This document shows positions 29,684-41,579 of a stretch of DNA of 64,000 nucleotides, piece after piece. Under the pieces are notes generated by a model, which was given only the letters and a program-made list of their open reading frames with translations, did not search any database and was not told the origin of the DNA. The position numbers and the translations under genes are program-made. Source of the stretch: an uncultured delta proteobacterium (GTDB lineage: Bacteria; Myxococcota; Kuafuiibacteriia; Kuafuiibacteriales; Kuafuiibacteriaceae); contig CAWDML010000001.1 of the NCBI GenBank assembly GCA_963803435.1, forward strand, positions 2,656,001 through 2,720,000. Direction: 5' to 3'. The first letter of the stretch is position 1. Each line of letters begins with the position of its first letter.

Positions 29684-31548
29684 GACGCACCCGTCGTGCG
29701 GACCGCGAGCGACACGAAGTACGCTCGGCCCGGTAGCGGGATCTTGTTCACCGACTGGAGACCTCGATCGTCGAGCAGGTTGGTGGTTCGAAACGCGACC
29801 GAGAGCCAGTCGAGCGGGCTCGCCTCCAGACCCGCGTCCCAGCGGACGAACACCGGTACGCGGGTCTCCTCCCGATCGGATCCGACGCGCGTCGAGGTCG
29901 GCCCGAACCCGCGGACCGACGTGAACACCGTGACCGGTCCAATCCCGAGATCGAGCTGACCCGCCGCGCTGTAGAGCGGTTGAGTGGGGAGGCGCTCACC
30001 GGTCTCCACCAGCTCGGAGAACAGGAGCGAGAGCGATCCGGAGGCGCGAAGTCGGACCAGGCCCAGCGTCAGGTCGCCGTCGAGCTCCAGCTCGCCGCCC
30101 AGCGCGCGCGCATCGCCCAGGTTCTCCGGCCGGACCTCGAACGCGTTTCTGTTCACGTACAGGATGACGTCCGAGATGCTCCGCGCGAACACGCCGGCGG
30201 AAGCGCGCAGGTGCTCGATCCCCCAGTCGGCGCCCAGCTCCGCCTCCCACGCGGTCTCCGGCGAGAGCGCCGGGTTCCCCGAGAACCCCGCCTCCGACGG
30301 GCGGTAGAGCTCGTCGATCGAGGGCGTACGCAGCGAGCGACCGATCCCGAACCGCAGCACCAGCCCGTCCGCCGGCGCGCAGGTGAGGCCGGCGCGCGGA
30401 AGGAGCGCGACGCTCTGGCCGCCGACACCGACGGCACGGGCCGCCGCGAACAGCGTCGCCGATCCCAGCGCCAGCTCGTCCGAGAGCGCGAGCGACCAGC
30501 GAAATCGCGACGGATCACCGTGCTCGGTCGAGCGCGCGATCTCGCCGCCCACCTCGGCGAGCGCCCGCGCGAGCTGCCCGCCCGGGAGCTCGATCTCGGC
30601 GCCAGCACCCGCGGTGGTGGCGACGAACGCGCTCTTCGACATCACCTCGAGCGGGGGATCCTCGTAGGCGAGCGAGAGGAATGCGCCGCTGATCCCGAGC
30701 GTGAGGAGCCCGCGCGGGATCGGGTGTTCGACCCCGATCCGCGCGTGTGCGTTCGCCTGGGTCTCGCGCGCCTCGGGGTGCTCGTCGGAGATCAAACCCG
30801 GCACGCCGGCGCGTCGAAACGATCCGAAGGCCGCCGCGGTGACGCGGTTGTCGCCGAGCGACTGCTCGGCCGAGAGCGCCACCGAGCCGCGGCGCGCATC
30901 GTTGTTGGTCCGCCTGCGCTCGACGTCGGAGAGCCCGAACGCGCGATCGGCGTAGTCGAAGCCGCCCGCGGTCTGCTGATAGCTCGCCGACAACGAGAGC
31001 GGCGCCATCGCCGCGTAGCCACCGGCCGTGATCGTCCCGAACAATCCGCCGCTCATCGACGCCGATGCGGAGGGTTCGTCCTTCGGCCGCCGCGACTCGA
31101 CCAGCAGTACGCCGGTGAGGGCGCCGTCCCCGTAGAGCGCGCCCTGGCCGCCCCGCAGCACGCGCATCGAGCCCACCGCCTCCGGGTGAAGGATCCCGAG
31201 GTCCACCCCGGTCGCGAAGGAGGATCCCAGGACCACGCCGTCGACCACCGTCAGCAGCTGCGCAGGCGCGCCGCCGCGGATGGTGAGCCGCCGCTCGCCG
31301 ACCGGACCGCCGAAGTCGAGGGCCCGCGCACCGGCCACGGCGTCCAGGAGCTCGCCGATCTCTTCGCCTCGCCGCCTGGCCTCGCGAAGCCGCTCGGCGG
31401 AGAGGTCGGACGACGACGCGCTGGGATCGCCGGTCACCGCGGGCATCCCGGTGACGACGAGCTCTTCGGTCGCGGTAGAGGTGGCCGTCGACGAAAACGC
31501 GGCCAATAGTATGGAGAGTCCGCTCAAGTTCCCTCCCTCCCGTTCCAC
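29680..31548 (-). CDS. TonB-dependent receptor, BtuB-like
   Basis: TonB box EELVVTG; LTIRGG..QL..VVDGV; VLRGGQGALYG; RTPSIDELY; NLLD; LPGR; directly downstream of the riboswitch. Confidence 0.88.
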   Translation of the reverse strand: MEREGGNLSGLSILLAAFSSTATSTATEELVVTGMPAVTGDPSASSSDLSAERLREARRRGEEIGELLDAVAGARALDFGGPVGERRLTIRGGAPAQLLTVVDGVVLGSSFATGVDLGILHPEAVGSMRVLRGGQGALYGDGALTGVLLVESRRPKDEPSASASMSGGLFGTITAGGYAAMAPLSLSASYQQTAGGFDYADRAFGLSDVERRRTNNDARRGSVALSAEQSLGDNRVTAAAFGSFRRAGVPGLISDEHPEARETQANAHARIGVEHPIPRGLLTLGISGAFLSLAYEDPPLEVMSKSAFVATTAGAGAEIELPGGQLARALAEVGGEIARSTEHGDPSRFRWSLALSDELALGSATLFAAARAVGVGGQSVALLPRAGLTCAPADGLVLRFGIGRSLRTPSIDELYRPSEAGFSGNPALSPETAWEAELGADWGIEHLRASAGVFARSISDVILYVNRNAFEVRPENLGDARALGGELELDGDLTLGLVRLRASGSLSLLFSELVETGERLPTQPLYSAAGQLDLGIGPVTVFTSVRGFGPTSTRVGSDREETRVPVFVRWDAGLEASPLDWLSVAFRTTNLLDDRGLQSVNKIPLPGRAYFVSLAVRTTGAS

Positions 31549-31569
31549 GAGGAGGATCGAGTCATTGCG

Positions 31570-31740
31570 AGCGGTCGGTCTCCTGGCTCACAGGCTTCAC
31601 GCGCGCCGCCTTCCCCGACCGGCGGATCGCGGGATCCGAGGTCGAGTGGCCTGCCGGCGCACGCTGCGCAAAGCGCGCCTGCTCACAGTGGCGGGTCCGC
31701 GCCGGAATCGCACCGGCTTCTCGAGCACCCGCTCGCCGGG
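31570..31740 (-). ncRNA. Cobalamin riboswitch
   Basis: Minus strand GAAGCCGGTGCGATTCCGGCGCGG.CCCGCCACTGTG...GCCACT...GGGAAGG...GAGCCAGGAGACC (B12 box). Confidence 0.92.
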
Positions 31741-31768
31741 AGAGTAGCGCCGGGCCGTCCGGCCGCTG

Positions 31769-33112
31769 TCAAGGGCAGCCGTGGGCCTCGCAGACCAGGT
31801 CGCTCCGATCGGCGGCCAGGCTGATGCCGAAAGCGGCCGCGAACACCGCCGCGCCCACCGCCGCCTCGATCCAGGGGATGCGGTCGTCGTCGGGCTCGAT
31901 CAGCGGACCGACGATCCACGCCGCGCCCAGGCCGGCCAGGCTGTAGCCGAGCGGAAGGATCGGTGGGCCCTTGCCGTTGGCGCCGACGGCGGGATCGGCC
32001 GAGATCGCACCGAACCGGAGGAACGGGCCGGAACAAGCGCCGCTCCCGCCGACGCAGATGTCCTCGCGGTCGAGCGTGCTCCGCGCGACCGCCGCGTAGA
32101 TCATCAGACCCACGCCCGCCGCCGCGCTGGCGACGCCGCCCCAGAAAACGGTCTGCTTCAGCACGAAGCTCACGTTGCTGGGCTTCTTGATCGGCGTCGC
32201 GCGCAGCCGGGCAGTCTGGCCGGTCTCGACGACCACCTTGCCCGTGTACTCCTCGAAGTCTTCGCTCCTGAGCGAGATCTGGCGCTCACCCGGGTGAACG
32301 TCGAGGATCTTCGCCTTGCCGGCGATGGTGGTGCCGAGGCTGACACCGTCGAGCTCCACCGCAAACGGGACCGCTGCGTCCACGTCGATCTCGATCGAAC
32401 CGAAGGGCCGCCACCGTCCCGCCTGCTCGAAGGCTTCGCGCAGGTGGCTCTCGATCAACGCCTGCACGTAGGCGCGGAGCTGCTCGCTGCTCTCCACATG
32501 CTCGACGATCGGTGGGCGCGCGATCACCGAGAAGCGCGAGATCTCGTCCTCGACCTCGTCGAGCTCGTCGGACGTGGGCTGCGAGGAGCGAGAGCGCCGC
32601 CGGTAGACGTGCTCGAGCGCGTCCTCGACGTCGATCAGGAACGCAGCCAGCCGGTCGCCGCCCTCCGCGGCCGCCGCCGAGATGATCAACAGATAGCGGG
32701 GCTGGTTCCGTTTGCCACGGAGCTCGTGCTTGACCTCCGAGTAGGTCGACGGCAGCGACTTCCGCATCGTCATCCACGGCTCGGAGCTCTCCTCGACGAG
32801 GCAGGTGAGGCGATGTCGCTTGGCCGAGGACTCGGCGCATCGATCGACGATCGGGTCGTCGAGCTCCGTCACGTCGAGATCGGTGTTCTCCTCCACGGCC
32901 GTGTCCACCCAGCGGATGACCTCGGAGAGCGCGACGCTGCCCACGCGCCCGGTGGGCGAGTAGAAGGCGAACTTCATCGGGACCCGGTCGGTGGTCGCCC
33001 GATAAACGCCGCTCTTGGGCGGTTCTTCGGCGTGAATCGGGAGGGGAGCGATGACCGACGCCAGCAAGCTGCACGCCGCGAGCCGGAGGCATCCGCGCAA
33101 GCCGGGCCCCAT
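31769..33112 (-). CDS. Exported PEGA-domain protein with hydrophobic C-terminus
   Basis: Signal peptide; VELDGVSLG...VHPGERQISLRSEDFEEY...V.V..GQT; C-terminal Gly-rich hydrophobic segments. Confidence 0.7.
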   Translation of the reverse strand: MGPGLRGCLRLAACSLLASVIAPLPIHAEEPPKSGVYRATTDRVPMKFAFYSPTGRVGSVALSEVIRWVDTAVEENTDLDVTELDDPIVDRCAESSAKRHRLTCLVEESSEPWMTMRKSLPSTYSEVKHELRGKRNQPRYLLIISAAAAEGGDRLAAFLIDVEDALEHVYRRRSRSSQPTSDELDEVEDEISRFSVIARPPIVEHVESSEQLRAYVQALIESHLREAFEQAGRWRPFGSIEIDVDAAVPFAVELDGVSLGTTIAGKAKILDVHPGERQISLRSEDFEEYTGKVVVETGQTARLRATPIKKPSNVSFVLKQTVFWGGVASAAAGVGLMIYAAVARSTLDREDICVGGSGACSGPFLRFGAISADPAVGANGKGPPILPLGYSLAGLGAAWIVGPLIEPDDDRIPWIEAAVGAAVFAAAFGISLAADRSDLVCEAHGCP

Positions 33113-33150
33113 GCTAGACGAAGGCGGCGATCGCTGGAAGTATCCAACCC

Positions 33151-34821
33151 GTGGGCGATGAACGGCATCAAGCCTACATCGTCATTCACGGCCCCGGTCA
33201 TGATGGGACGACGCTCCCCCTCCGGGAGGGCATCACGTCGTTCGGTCGCCTCCCGTCGAACGACGTCATCCTGCTCGGCGATCTGGTGAGCCGCCACCAC
33301 TCCCGCATCACCTTCTTCGAGGGCCGCGCCACCCTCCAGGATCTCGGATCGCACAACGGCTCGTGGGTCAACGGGGAGCGCGTCACCTCGCGCGTGATGA
33401 AGCCCGGCGACCTGGCCCGCGTCGGCAACTTCCGCATCGCCTTCCACGCGGGCGCCGTTCAGCCCAACAAGCCCGGCTACGACGAGACCACCGCGGCGGA
33501 GAAGAGCAGCAGCAACACCTCCAGCGCCCAGCAGCCCATGCAGCCGAGCCGCTCCGTGCTGATCCGGGAGATCGAGCAAGCGCGCTCGGGCGAGGCCGGC
33601 GGCGCCCGCGCGCTCCACCTGCTCTACCGCGCGAGCGACGCGCTGGCCCGGGCGGTCGACGTGAAGAGCTACATGGTCGACATTCTCAGCCTCACGCTCG
33701 AGCAGATCCCGGGCGACCTCGCCGCCTACGTCGCCACCGACGACACGACCCCGGGAGCAAGCGGAGCGCGCAGCGAGCGCCTGCGAGCGGAGCCGGGTGC
33801 GAGGGCCTCGACCGAGCGGGCCCCGGAGATCATCGCCGCGGTCGGTCCCTCGGGGGAGATCTCGGACGCGCTGGTCTCCACGAGCGTCGTGCGATGGGTG
33901 ACGACCAAGAACTTTCCCGTCACCACCGACGACGTCGCCGCCGATCTTCGCTTCGGCGGCCCGCCGAGCGGTCAATCCGGGCCCAACGCCGTCATGTGCG
34001 TCCCGGTGACCGGCGAGGCCGGCGTCCTCGGCGCGCTCTACGTCGCGCGCAATACCGGCGAACGATCGGGTGGTCCCTTCGCCGACGCCGAGCTCGACGC
34101 GCTCTCCGCGATCGCGCACCTGGCGATCGTGGGGATCGAGCGCGCCGAGGCGCGGCACTCCGAGGTGGCGCGCGGGGCCACCAAGGACGCCCTCGCCCGC
34201 TTCCTCTCGCCCGACGTGGTCGAGCTCTACACGCGGCACCGCGGACCCAAGCTCGAGCCCAAGACCGCCACGGTGCTGGTGGCCGACATCCAGGGCCTCA
34301 CCGGAGCGATCGAGCGGATCGCGATGGACCAGGTCACCGAGTTCCTCAGCCGCTACGTCTCGCAGCTCGAGGAGATCGTCCATCGCCAGCACGGCACCAT
34401 CGATCGGGTGGTCGGGAGCCAGATCATCGCCACGTTCGGCGCGCCCTTCTCTCACGGCAACGACGCCGCCCGCGCGGTCGCCGCCGCCACGGAAATGCGC
34501 GCCGCCGTGGACGCGTTGGTGAAACAGAGACCGAGCTTCTCCAACCGGCGGCTGAGCCTGGGGCTCGAGACCGGCTGGCTCTTGGCCGGCCTCGTCGGCA
34601 CGGGTGACCGGCTGACCTACACGATCGCGGGTGACCCGGTCCACACGGCGGTCCGGCTCGAGAGCTCGGCGGCGCCCGGCGCCATCCTCATCGGTGAGGC
34701 GACCGTGTCGGCCGTGCAGTCGCTGTTCGAGGTGAAGAAGCTCGGTGTGGCCCAGGTCCGCGGTCGCACGGAGCCGATCCGCGTTTACGAGGTGGTGGGG
34801 CGCAAGACCGCCCGGCGCTAG
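33151..34821 (+). CDS. FHA-GAF-class III nucleotide cyclase-like protein with degenerate catalytic motifs
   Basis: FHA GR...VSRHH...DLGSHNG; GAF MCVPV...LGALYV; cyclase VADIQG, YTIAGDPVHTAVRLE, VRGR.EP. Confidence 0.85.
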   Translation: MGDERHQAYIVIHGPGHDGTTLPLREGITSFGRLPSNDVILLGDLVSRHHSRITFFEGRATLQDLGSHNGSWVNGERVTSRVMKPGDLARVGNFRIAFHAGAVQPNKPGYDETTAAEKSSSNTSSAQQPMQPSRSVLIREIEQARSGEAGGARALHLLYRASDALARAVDVKSYMVDILSLTLEQIPGDLAAYVATDDTTPGASGARSERLRAEPGARASTERAPEIIAAVGPSGEISDALVSTSVVRWVTTKNFPVTTDDVAADLRFGGPPSGQSGPNAVMCVPVTGEAGVLGALYVARNTGERSGGPFADAELDALSAIAHLAIVGIERAEARHSEVARGATKDALARFLSPDVVELYTRHRGPKLEPKTATVLVADIQGLTGAIERIAMDQVTEFLSRYVSQLEEIVHRQHGTIDRVVGSQIIATFGAPFSHGNDAARAVAAATEMRAAVDALVKQRPSFSNRRLSLGLETGWLLAGLVGTGDRLTYTIAGDPVHTAVRLESSAAPGAILIGEATVSAVQSLFEVKKLGVAQVRGRTEPIRVYEVVGRKTARR

Positions 34822-34845
34822 TTCGCTTATAGTGGAACGCACGGG

Positions 34846-36549
34846 ATGACTCCCGACGACATCGACGACGAGCCGTTCGAGGGTTCACTGCCGGTCCTCG
34901 AGAAGTACTCGATCCTGCGGAAGCTGGCCGCGGGCGGGATGGCGTCGATCTACGTCGCCGAGCGCAAGGGCTCCGACGAGATCTGCGTCGTCAAGACGCT
35001 GCATGATCACCTCGCGCAGGACTCGGTGGTCGGGAACCGCTTCCTCCGCGAGGCGCGGGTCGCCTCCGAGCTCACGCACCCCAACATCGCCCGACTGACC
35101 GACGCCAAGAGCGAGCGCGGCGTCTTCTACCTGGCGATGGAGTACATTGCCGGGCACGACCTCGAGTCGATGATGTTCCGGCTGATGGAGCAGCGGAAGA
35201 TGCTCCCGCCGGAGCTCTCGATCCGCGTCACCCTCGACGTTCTGGAAGGCCTCCACTACGCCCACGAGTACACGGACGCCGACGGCCGGCACCTCGAGAT
35301 CGTCCACCGCGATCTGTCCCCACGCAACGTGATGATCACGTACGAGGGCGACGTGAAGATCATCGACTTCGGGCTTGCGCGCACCAACCTGGGCGAGTTC
35401 CGCACCGCGCCGGGGATGGTGCTCGGCACGCTGCGCTACATGTCTCCGGAGCAGGCGGTGGCCGAGCCGGTCGATCGCCGCAGCGACATCTACTCCTGGT
35501 CGGTCGTGCTCTACGAGATGCTCTCCGGACGCCCGCTGGTGATGGGCAACAACGCGCAAGAGATCTTGCACACGGTGGTGACGCGAATACCGCCACCGCT
35601 GTCGACGTTGAACGGTCACCTGCCGAAGGCGCTGGACGCCGTGCTCGCCACCGGGATGGCCAAGGAGCGGGAGGCGCGTTTTTCCACCGCGAAGGAGATG
35701 GCGCTCGCGATCGAGGCGGCGGCACCGGAGCTGTGCCGGACCAAGCGCCACAAGATCGGTCGGTTCGTCGCGGCCGTGTTCCCCGACGAGCGGATCGACG
35801 CCGACGATCTGACCCAGCGCTCCACGTCGGAGGACGGCCCGGACTACGAGCCGACACGCGCCGGTCAGAGCATCCTCGAGGCGGGGGTCCCCGCGCAGCT
35901 CGAGCCGGTGCCCGTACCGGAGGCGCTGTCGCTCTCGGATCCTGAGCCCGAGCACTACGCGCCCACGAACGTCTACGTGGCTCCCACGCGCGTCTACTCG
36001 TCGCCGGCGGTGATGCCGCCGCCGCCGGCCGGCCGCCGCAACCTCCTCTGGGCGACCGTGCTGCTGGCGGTCGCCAGCCTGGTCGCGACCCTCGCGACCG
36101 TGGCGATCGCCCCCAAAGAGGAGGTGGCCGTCGCCGTCTCTCCACCCGACCCCGTGGTGGAGAGCCCAGGGCCGACCGTGGTGGTCGATGTGCCGGCACC
36201 CGCTGCACCGCCGCCGCCGGTGCGCCCGACCCCACCGCAGGTGGAGCACCGGGTCGCTCCCACGCCGAAGCCGAAGCCTCCGGTGCGGGAGAAGGTGAAG
36301 GCGGCGCCGCCGCGGTCGACGAAACGCGCCGCATCGGGCACACCTGGCAAGTATCCTTGGGAGACGGCGGTGAGCGAGCGGCTGAAAGCGGGACGGGAGG
36401 TCGAGGCGTCCCAGATCCTCCAAGATCGGGCGGCGGAGATCGGCGCAGCGCGCGCCAAGCGATGCGCGTATGATGCCGTGTTCTGGGGACGTCCGCTCGG
36501 CCCCTGTGTCGAGGTGCTGCGCGCGGCCGAGCAAGAGGCGAGGCGATGA
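34846..36549 (+). CDS. Membrane-anchored Hanks-type Ser/Thr kinase (Pkn)
   Basis: GGMA, VVK, HRDLSPRN, DFG, GTLRYMSPE; TM helix; Pro-rich C-terminus. Confidence 0.95.
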   Translation: MTPDDIDDEPFEGSLPVLEKYSILRKLAAGGMASIYVAERKGSDEICVVKTLHDHLAQDSVVGNRFLREARVASELTHPNIARLTDAKSERGVFYLAMEYIAGHDLESMMFRLMEQRKMLPPELSIRVTLDVLEGLHYAHEYTDADGRHLEIVHRDLSPRNVMITYEGDVKIIDFGLARTNLGEFRTAPGMVLGTLRYMSPEQAVAEPVDRRSDIYSWSVVLYEMLSGRPLVMGNNAQEILHTVVTRIPPPLSTLNGHLPKALDAVLATGMAKEREARFSTAKEMALAIEAAAPELCRTKRHKIGRFVAAVFPDERIDADDLTQRSTSEDGPDYEPTRAGQSILEAGVPAQLEPVPVPEALSLSDPEPEHYAPTNVYVAPTRVYSSPAVMPPPPAGRRNLLWATVLLAVASLVATLATVAIAPKEEVAVAVSPPDPVVESPGPTVVVDVPAPAAPPPPVRPTPPQVEHRVAPTPKPKPPVREKVKAAPPRSTKRAASGTPGKYPWETAVSERLKAGREVEASQILQDRAAEIGAARAKRCAYDAVFWGRPLGPCVEVLRAAEQEARR

Positions 36550-36935
36550 GTCTGAGGGATCGGTTGTTCAACGTCGCGAAGGCCGAGCTCAAGGGCGCGG
36601 CTCGCAAGATCCGCGAGGCGGCCGACGATCTGCTGGGCGAGCGCACCACCGAGCCGCGCGCGCGCTTCGACTTCGAGGATGAGGACTACGAGCCGCCCGT
36701 GACCTCGGCGAACGACCGCGAGTCCGCGGAGATCCGCAGGTACTACGCCAACCTCGAGCTCCCGATCGGCGCCACGCTGCCCGAGGTGAAGGCGGCCTAC
36801 CGCCGGCTGATGCGGCGCTATCATCCGGATCGACACCAGACCGATCCCGAGCGCGCGAAGGCCGCGAACGAGCTGGCGCAGCGACTCCGCGAGGCCTACG
36901 AGGGCCTCACCGCGCACCTCGGCCAGGGTCGCTGA
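36546..36935 (+). CDS. J-domain protein
   Basis: VKAAYRRLMRRYHPD; ATGA overlap with kinase stop. Confidence 0.9.
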   Translation: MSLRDRLFNVAKAELKGAARKIREAADDLLGERTTEPRARFDFEDEDYEPPVTSANDRESAEIRRYYANLELPIGATLPEVKAAYRRLMRRYHPDRHQTDPERAKAANELAQRLREAYEGLTAHLGQGR

Positions 36936-37491
36936 TCGTCGCGCTCGCCGCGCCTTCGACCTCGAGCTCACCTTTGCGGGGCTGTCCGGTGAGCCGGCCG
37001 CCGGTCGCGTGGAAGTTGTCCCCCTCGATCTCTACCGGGGCGCTCGTCTCGAGCCGATCCGCCGACGAGTCGTACTGGAGCGTCTCCGTTCGAAGCGTCC
37101 GCCCTGCGCGATCCCGGATCTCGACGCCGCCCTCGAGCTGCACCTGGCGGGAGCGGAGGTCGGATACCATACGGGGGGCGGTGACCCTCGCCTCGACCAC
37201 CGTATCCTGGTCGAGCACCTCGGCCTCGATCGTTTCGCCGAGCACCTGTCCGGAATCCCGGTCGAGGCGGGCCGTTCGGATGCGTGCGCGATGACGGAGG
37301 TGATCCTTCTCGAAGCGATCGACGCGGACGCCCTCGAAGAAGACCTGGTTCTCCGCGGGCTTCGTGCGGCCGGTCGGAACCGCGCGCGGTGACGTCGAGC
37401 ATCCCAGAGACGCGACGACCGCCAGCTTGATCAGAAACCCCCTATTTCGTTCCTGCTTGAAGGCGATGGTCGAAGGTTGTACCACGTTCAC
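36907..37491 (-). CDS. LptC-like LPS export periplasmic protein
   Basis: L.GGV.I..., LRTETLQYD...LETSAPVEI.G beta-jellyroll pattern; lipobox-like SLGC; start uncertain. Confidence 0.6.
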   Translation of the reverse strand: MNVVQPSTIAFKQERNRGFLIKLAVVASLGCSTSPRAVPTGRTKPAENQVFFEGVRVDRFEKDHLRHRARIRTARLDRDSGQVLGETIEAEVLDQDTVVEARVTAPRMVSDLRSRQVQLEGGVEIRDRAGRTLRTETLQYDSSADRLETSAPVEIEGDNFHATGGRLTGQPRKGELEVEGAASATISDPGRGAR

Positions 37492-37508
37492 GAAAATCAG
37501 GTGGTTAG

Positions 37509-39378
37509 ATGTCTACCGCACCCAATGATGTAGTTCCGCTTCCCAAAAAAACACGCCCCAACGTCGACCTGGACTCGGCCGTCATCCGCTTCACCGGCGA
37601 CTCCGGTGACGGCATGCAGCTGACCGGCTCGCAGTTCACGAACACCTCGGCCATCGTCGGGAACGACCTCGCGACGTTCCCGGACTTCCCGGCCGAGATC
37701 CGTGCCCCCGCGGGAACGACCTTCGGCGTCTCCGGATTCCAGCTCAACTTCGCCGCACGCGACATCTACACCCCAGGCGATCAGCCGGATGTCCTGGTCG
37801 CGATGAACCCGGCCGCCCTGAAGATGAACATCGCCGACCTGAAAGCCGGCGGCATCCTCATCGTCAACGCGGACGCGTTCACCAAGGCGAACCTGGATCG
37901 CGCCGGCTTCACCGAGAGCCCGCTGGCCAACGGGAGCCTCTCCTCCTACCGGCTCTTCTCGCTCCCGATCACCGCCCAGGTGGAGGGTGCCCTCAAGGAC
38001 ACCGGCCTCAGCTTCAAGGAGATCGGGCGCGCCAAGAACTTCTGGACACTCGGCCTCCTCTACTACCTATACAGCCGGCCGCTCGAGCCCACGCTCAAGT
38101 TCATCGAGAACCAGTTCCGGGCCAAGGCACCGCAGATCGCGGAGGGCAACCGGCTTGCGCTCAAGGCCGGCTACCTCTACGGCGAGATCTCCGAGATCTT
38201 CCAGGAGACCTACGAGGTCCGGGCCGCCAAGCTCGCGCCTGGTCTCTACCGCAACATCAGCGGGAACCAGGCGACGGCCTGGGGCGCCGTGGCGGCGGCC
38301 GAGAAGGCCGGCATCCCCGCATTCTACGGCAGCTATCCGATCACGCCCGCCTCGGACGTGCTCCACGAGCTCTCGCGCTACAAGCACCACAACGTCGTCA
38401 CCTTCCAGGCGGAAGACGAGATCGCGGCGGTCACCAGCGCGATCGGGGCGGCCTTTGCAGGCCACCTTGCGATCACGGGATCGTCGGGTCCGGGCGTGGC
38501 GCTCAAGGGTGAGGCGATCGGCCTCGCCGTCTCGGTGGAGCTGCCGCTGATCATCATCAACGTGCAGCGCGGTGGCCCGTCGACCGGCCTCCCCACCAAG
38601 ACCGAGCAGGCTGACCTCTTCCAGGCGATCTACGGGAGAAACGGCGAATGCCCCGCGGCAGTGGTGGCGGCGGCGACGCCCTCCGACTGCTTCCTGATGA
38701 TGATGGAAGCGGCCCGGCTGGCGCTGAAGTACATGACGCCGGTCTTCCTCTTGACCGACGGCTATCTCGCCAACGGGTCCGAGCCGTGGCGCATCCCCAA
38801 CGTCGAGGACCTCCCGGACGTCCGCGCGGAGTTCTGGACCGAGACGGAGGGCTTCTTCCCGTTCCGCCGCAATCCGGAGACGCTGGCGCGCGCCTGGGCA
38901 GTCCCCGGCACGCCCGGTCTCGAGCATCGGATCGGCGGCCTCGAGAAAGACCACGACTCGGGCCACATCTCGTACGATCCGATCAACCACGAGCGGATGG
39001 TCCGGACCCGCCAGCGGAAGATCGACAACATCGCCAACGACATCCCGCTCGCAGAGGTGATGGGCTCGCCGGACGGGGGCAAGCTGCTGATGGTCGGCTG
39101 GGGCTCGACCTACGGCGCGATCCGTCAGGCGGTGCACATCGCGCGGGAGAAGAAGCTCGACGTCTCGCATCTTCACCTCCGGTATCTGAACCCACTCCCG
39201 AGGAACCTCGAGGAGGTCCTCAAGCGCTACGACAAGATCGTGGTGCCGGAGATGAACATGGGTCAGCTCGTGAACATCCTCCGCGCGAAGTTCCTGGTGC
39301 CTGCGCGCGGTCACAACAAGATTCAGGGCAAGCCGTTCAAGGTCGAGGAGATCTTGGCCCGTATCAACCAGGAGCTGA

Positions 39379-39386
<8 letters not shown>
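37509..39386 (+). CDS. korA: 2-oxoacid:acceptor oxidoreductase alpha subunit
   Basis: GDSGDGMQLTG, YPITPAS, QAEDEIAA, QRGGPSTGLPTK. Confidence 0.96.
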
Positions 39387-40424
<1,038 letters not shown>

Positions 40425-40428
<4 letters not shown>

Positions 40429-41475
40429 CCGATCGATCCCTCGGTCGTCTCTGGGCGCGCTCTCCGTCGATGATCGCGGTCCTCGACCGAATCAGCGAGG
40501 TCGCGTCGAGCGACGCCTCGATCATCATCGAAGGTGAGACGGGCACCGGCAAGGAGCTGGTCGCCGAGGCCATCCACGAGCGCTCCGGCCGCGCCGGCAA
40601 GCCGTACATCGTCGTCGACTGCGCCTCGATCCCGCGCGAGCTGATCGAGTCGGAGATGTTCGGGCACACCAAGGGCGCGTTCACCGGCGCCACCACCGAT
40701 CGGCGCGGTGCCTTCGAGGATGCGGACGGCGGCACGATCTTCATCGACGAGATCGGAGAGCTCCCGTTGGATCTGCAGCCGCGCCTCCTGCGCGTGCTCG
40801 AGAAGCAGGAGGTGCGGCCGGTCGGCTCCAACGCCGTCAAGATGATCGATGTCCGCGTGGTGTGCGCCACCAACCGCGATCTGCTGCGCGAGGTGAGAGA
40901 GGGCCGCTTCCGCGAGGACCTCTACTTCCGCCTGAACGTCCTCAAGGTTCGGCTGCCTCCCCTCCGCGAGCGTCGCGAGGACGTGGTCCTGCTCGCCGAG
41001 CGCTGGCTCGCCGAGATGGCCGGTGCGTCCGGCCCGATCGATCTCAAGGAGGAGACCCGCCAGAGGCTCCTCGAGCACTCGTGGCCGGGCAACGTCCGCG
41101 AGCTGAGGAACGTCATCGACCGCGGAGCCGCCCTCTCCGACAAGCAGTTCCGCCTCCCGGAGGACTTCGCGCGCTCCGTAGAGCTCGACGGCCTGGGCGG
41201 CCGAGCCCCCGGCGCCGGGATTCGGGCTCGTCGACGGCCTGGTGCCCTCCGCCCCTGTCGACCGCGCGGCGCGCCTGGGGGAGATCACCCGCCCGCTGTG
41301 GACCGGCAAGCGCTACAAGGACGCGAAGGACGCCGTCATGTCCGACTTCGAGCAAGGCTACATCCTCGACCTGCTCGACGCGCACAGCGGGAACGTCTCC
41401 GCCGCCGCACGCGCCGCCGGGATCCATCGCAACATCCTGCACCGCATGATGGCGCGCTACGGCATCACCCGCTGA
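40425..41475 (+). CDS. Sigma-54 activator lacking an N-terminal sensory domain; frameshift near 41221
   Basis: [31 protein letters not shown]; [18 protein letters not shown] lies in ORF 41242..41475. Confidence 0.88.
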
Positions 41476-41579
41476 GCGGGCGGCAAGCGAAGCGCGCAGC
41501 GAGCCCTGGAGCGAAGACGGGAGGAGGGCTTCGCCAGGCCGGCGGGCGTACCTCGCGGCGCCGTGTTACGTTTCCACCC

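Noticed and set aside
37477-37493. Rex-like operator upstream of korA (TTGTACCACGTTCACGA)
   Set aside because: One base short of the 18-bp consensus and the left arm matches poorly
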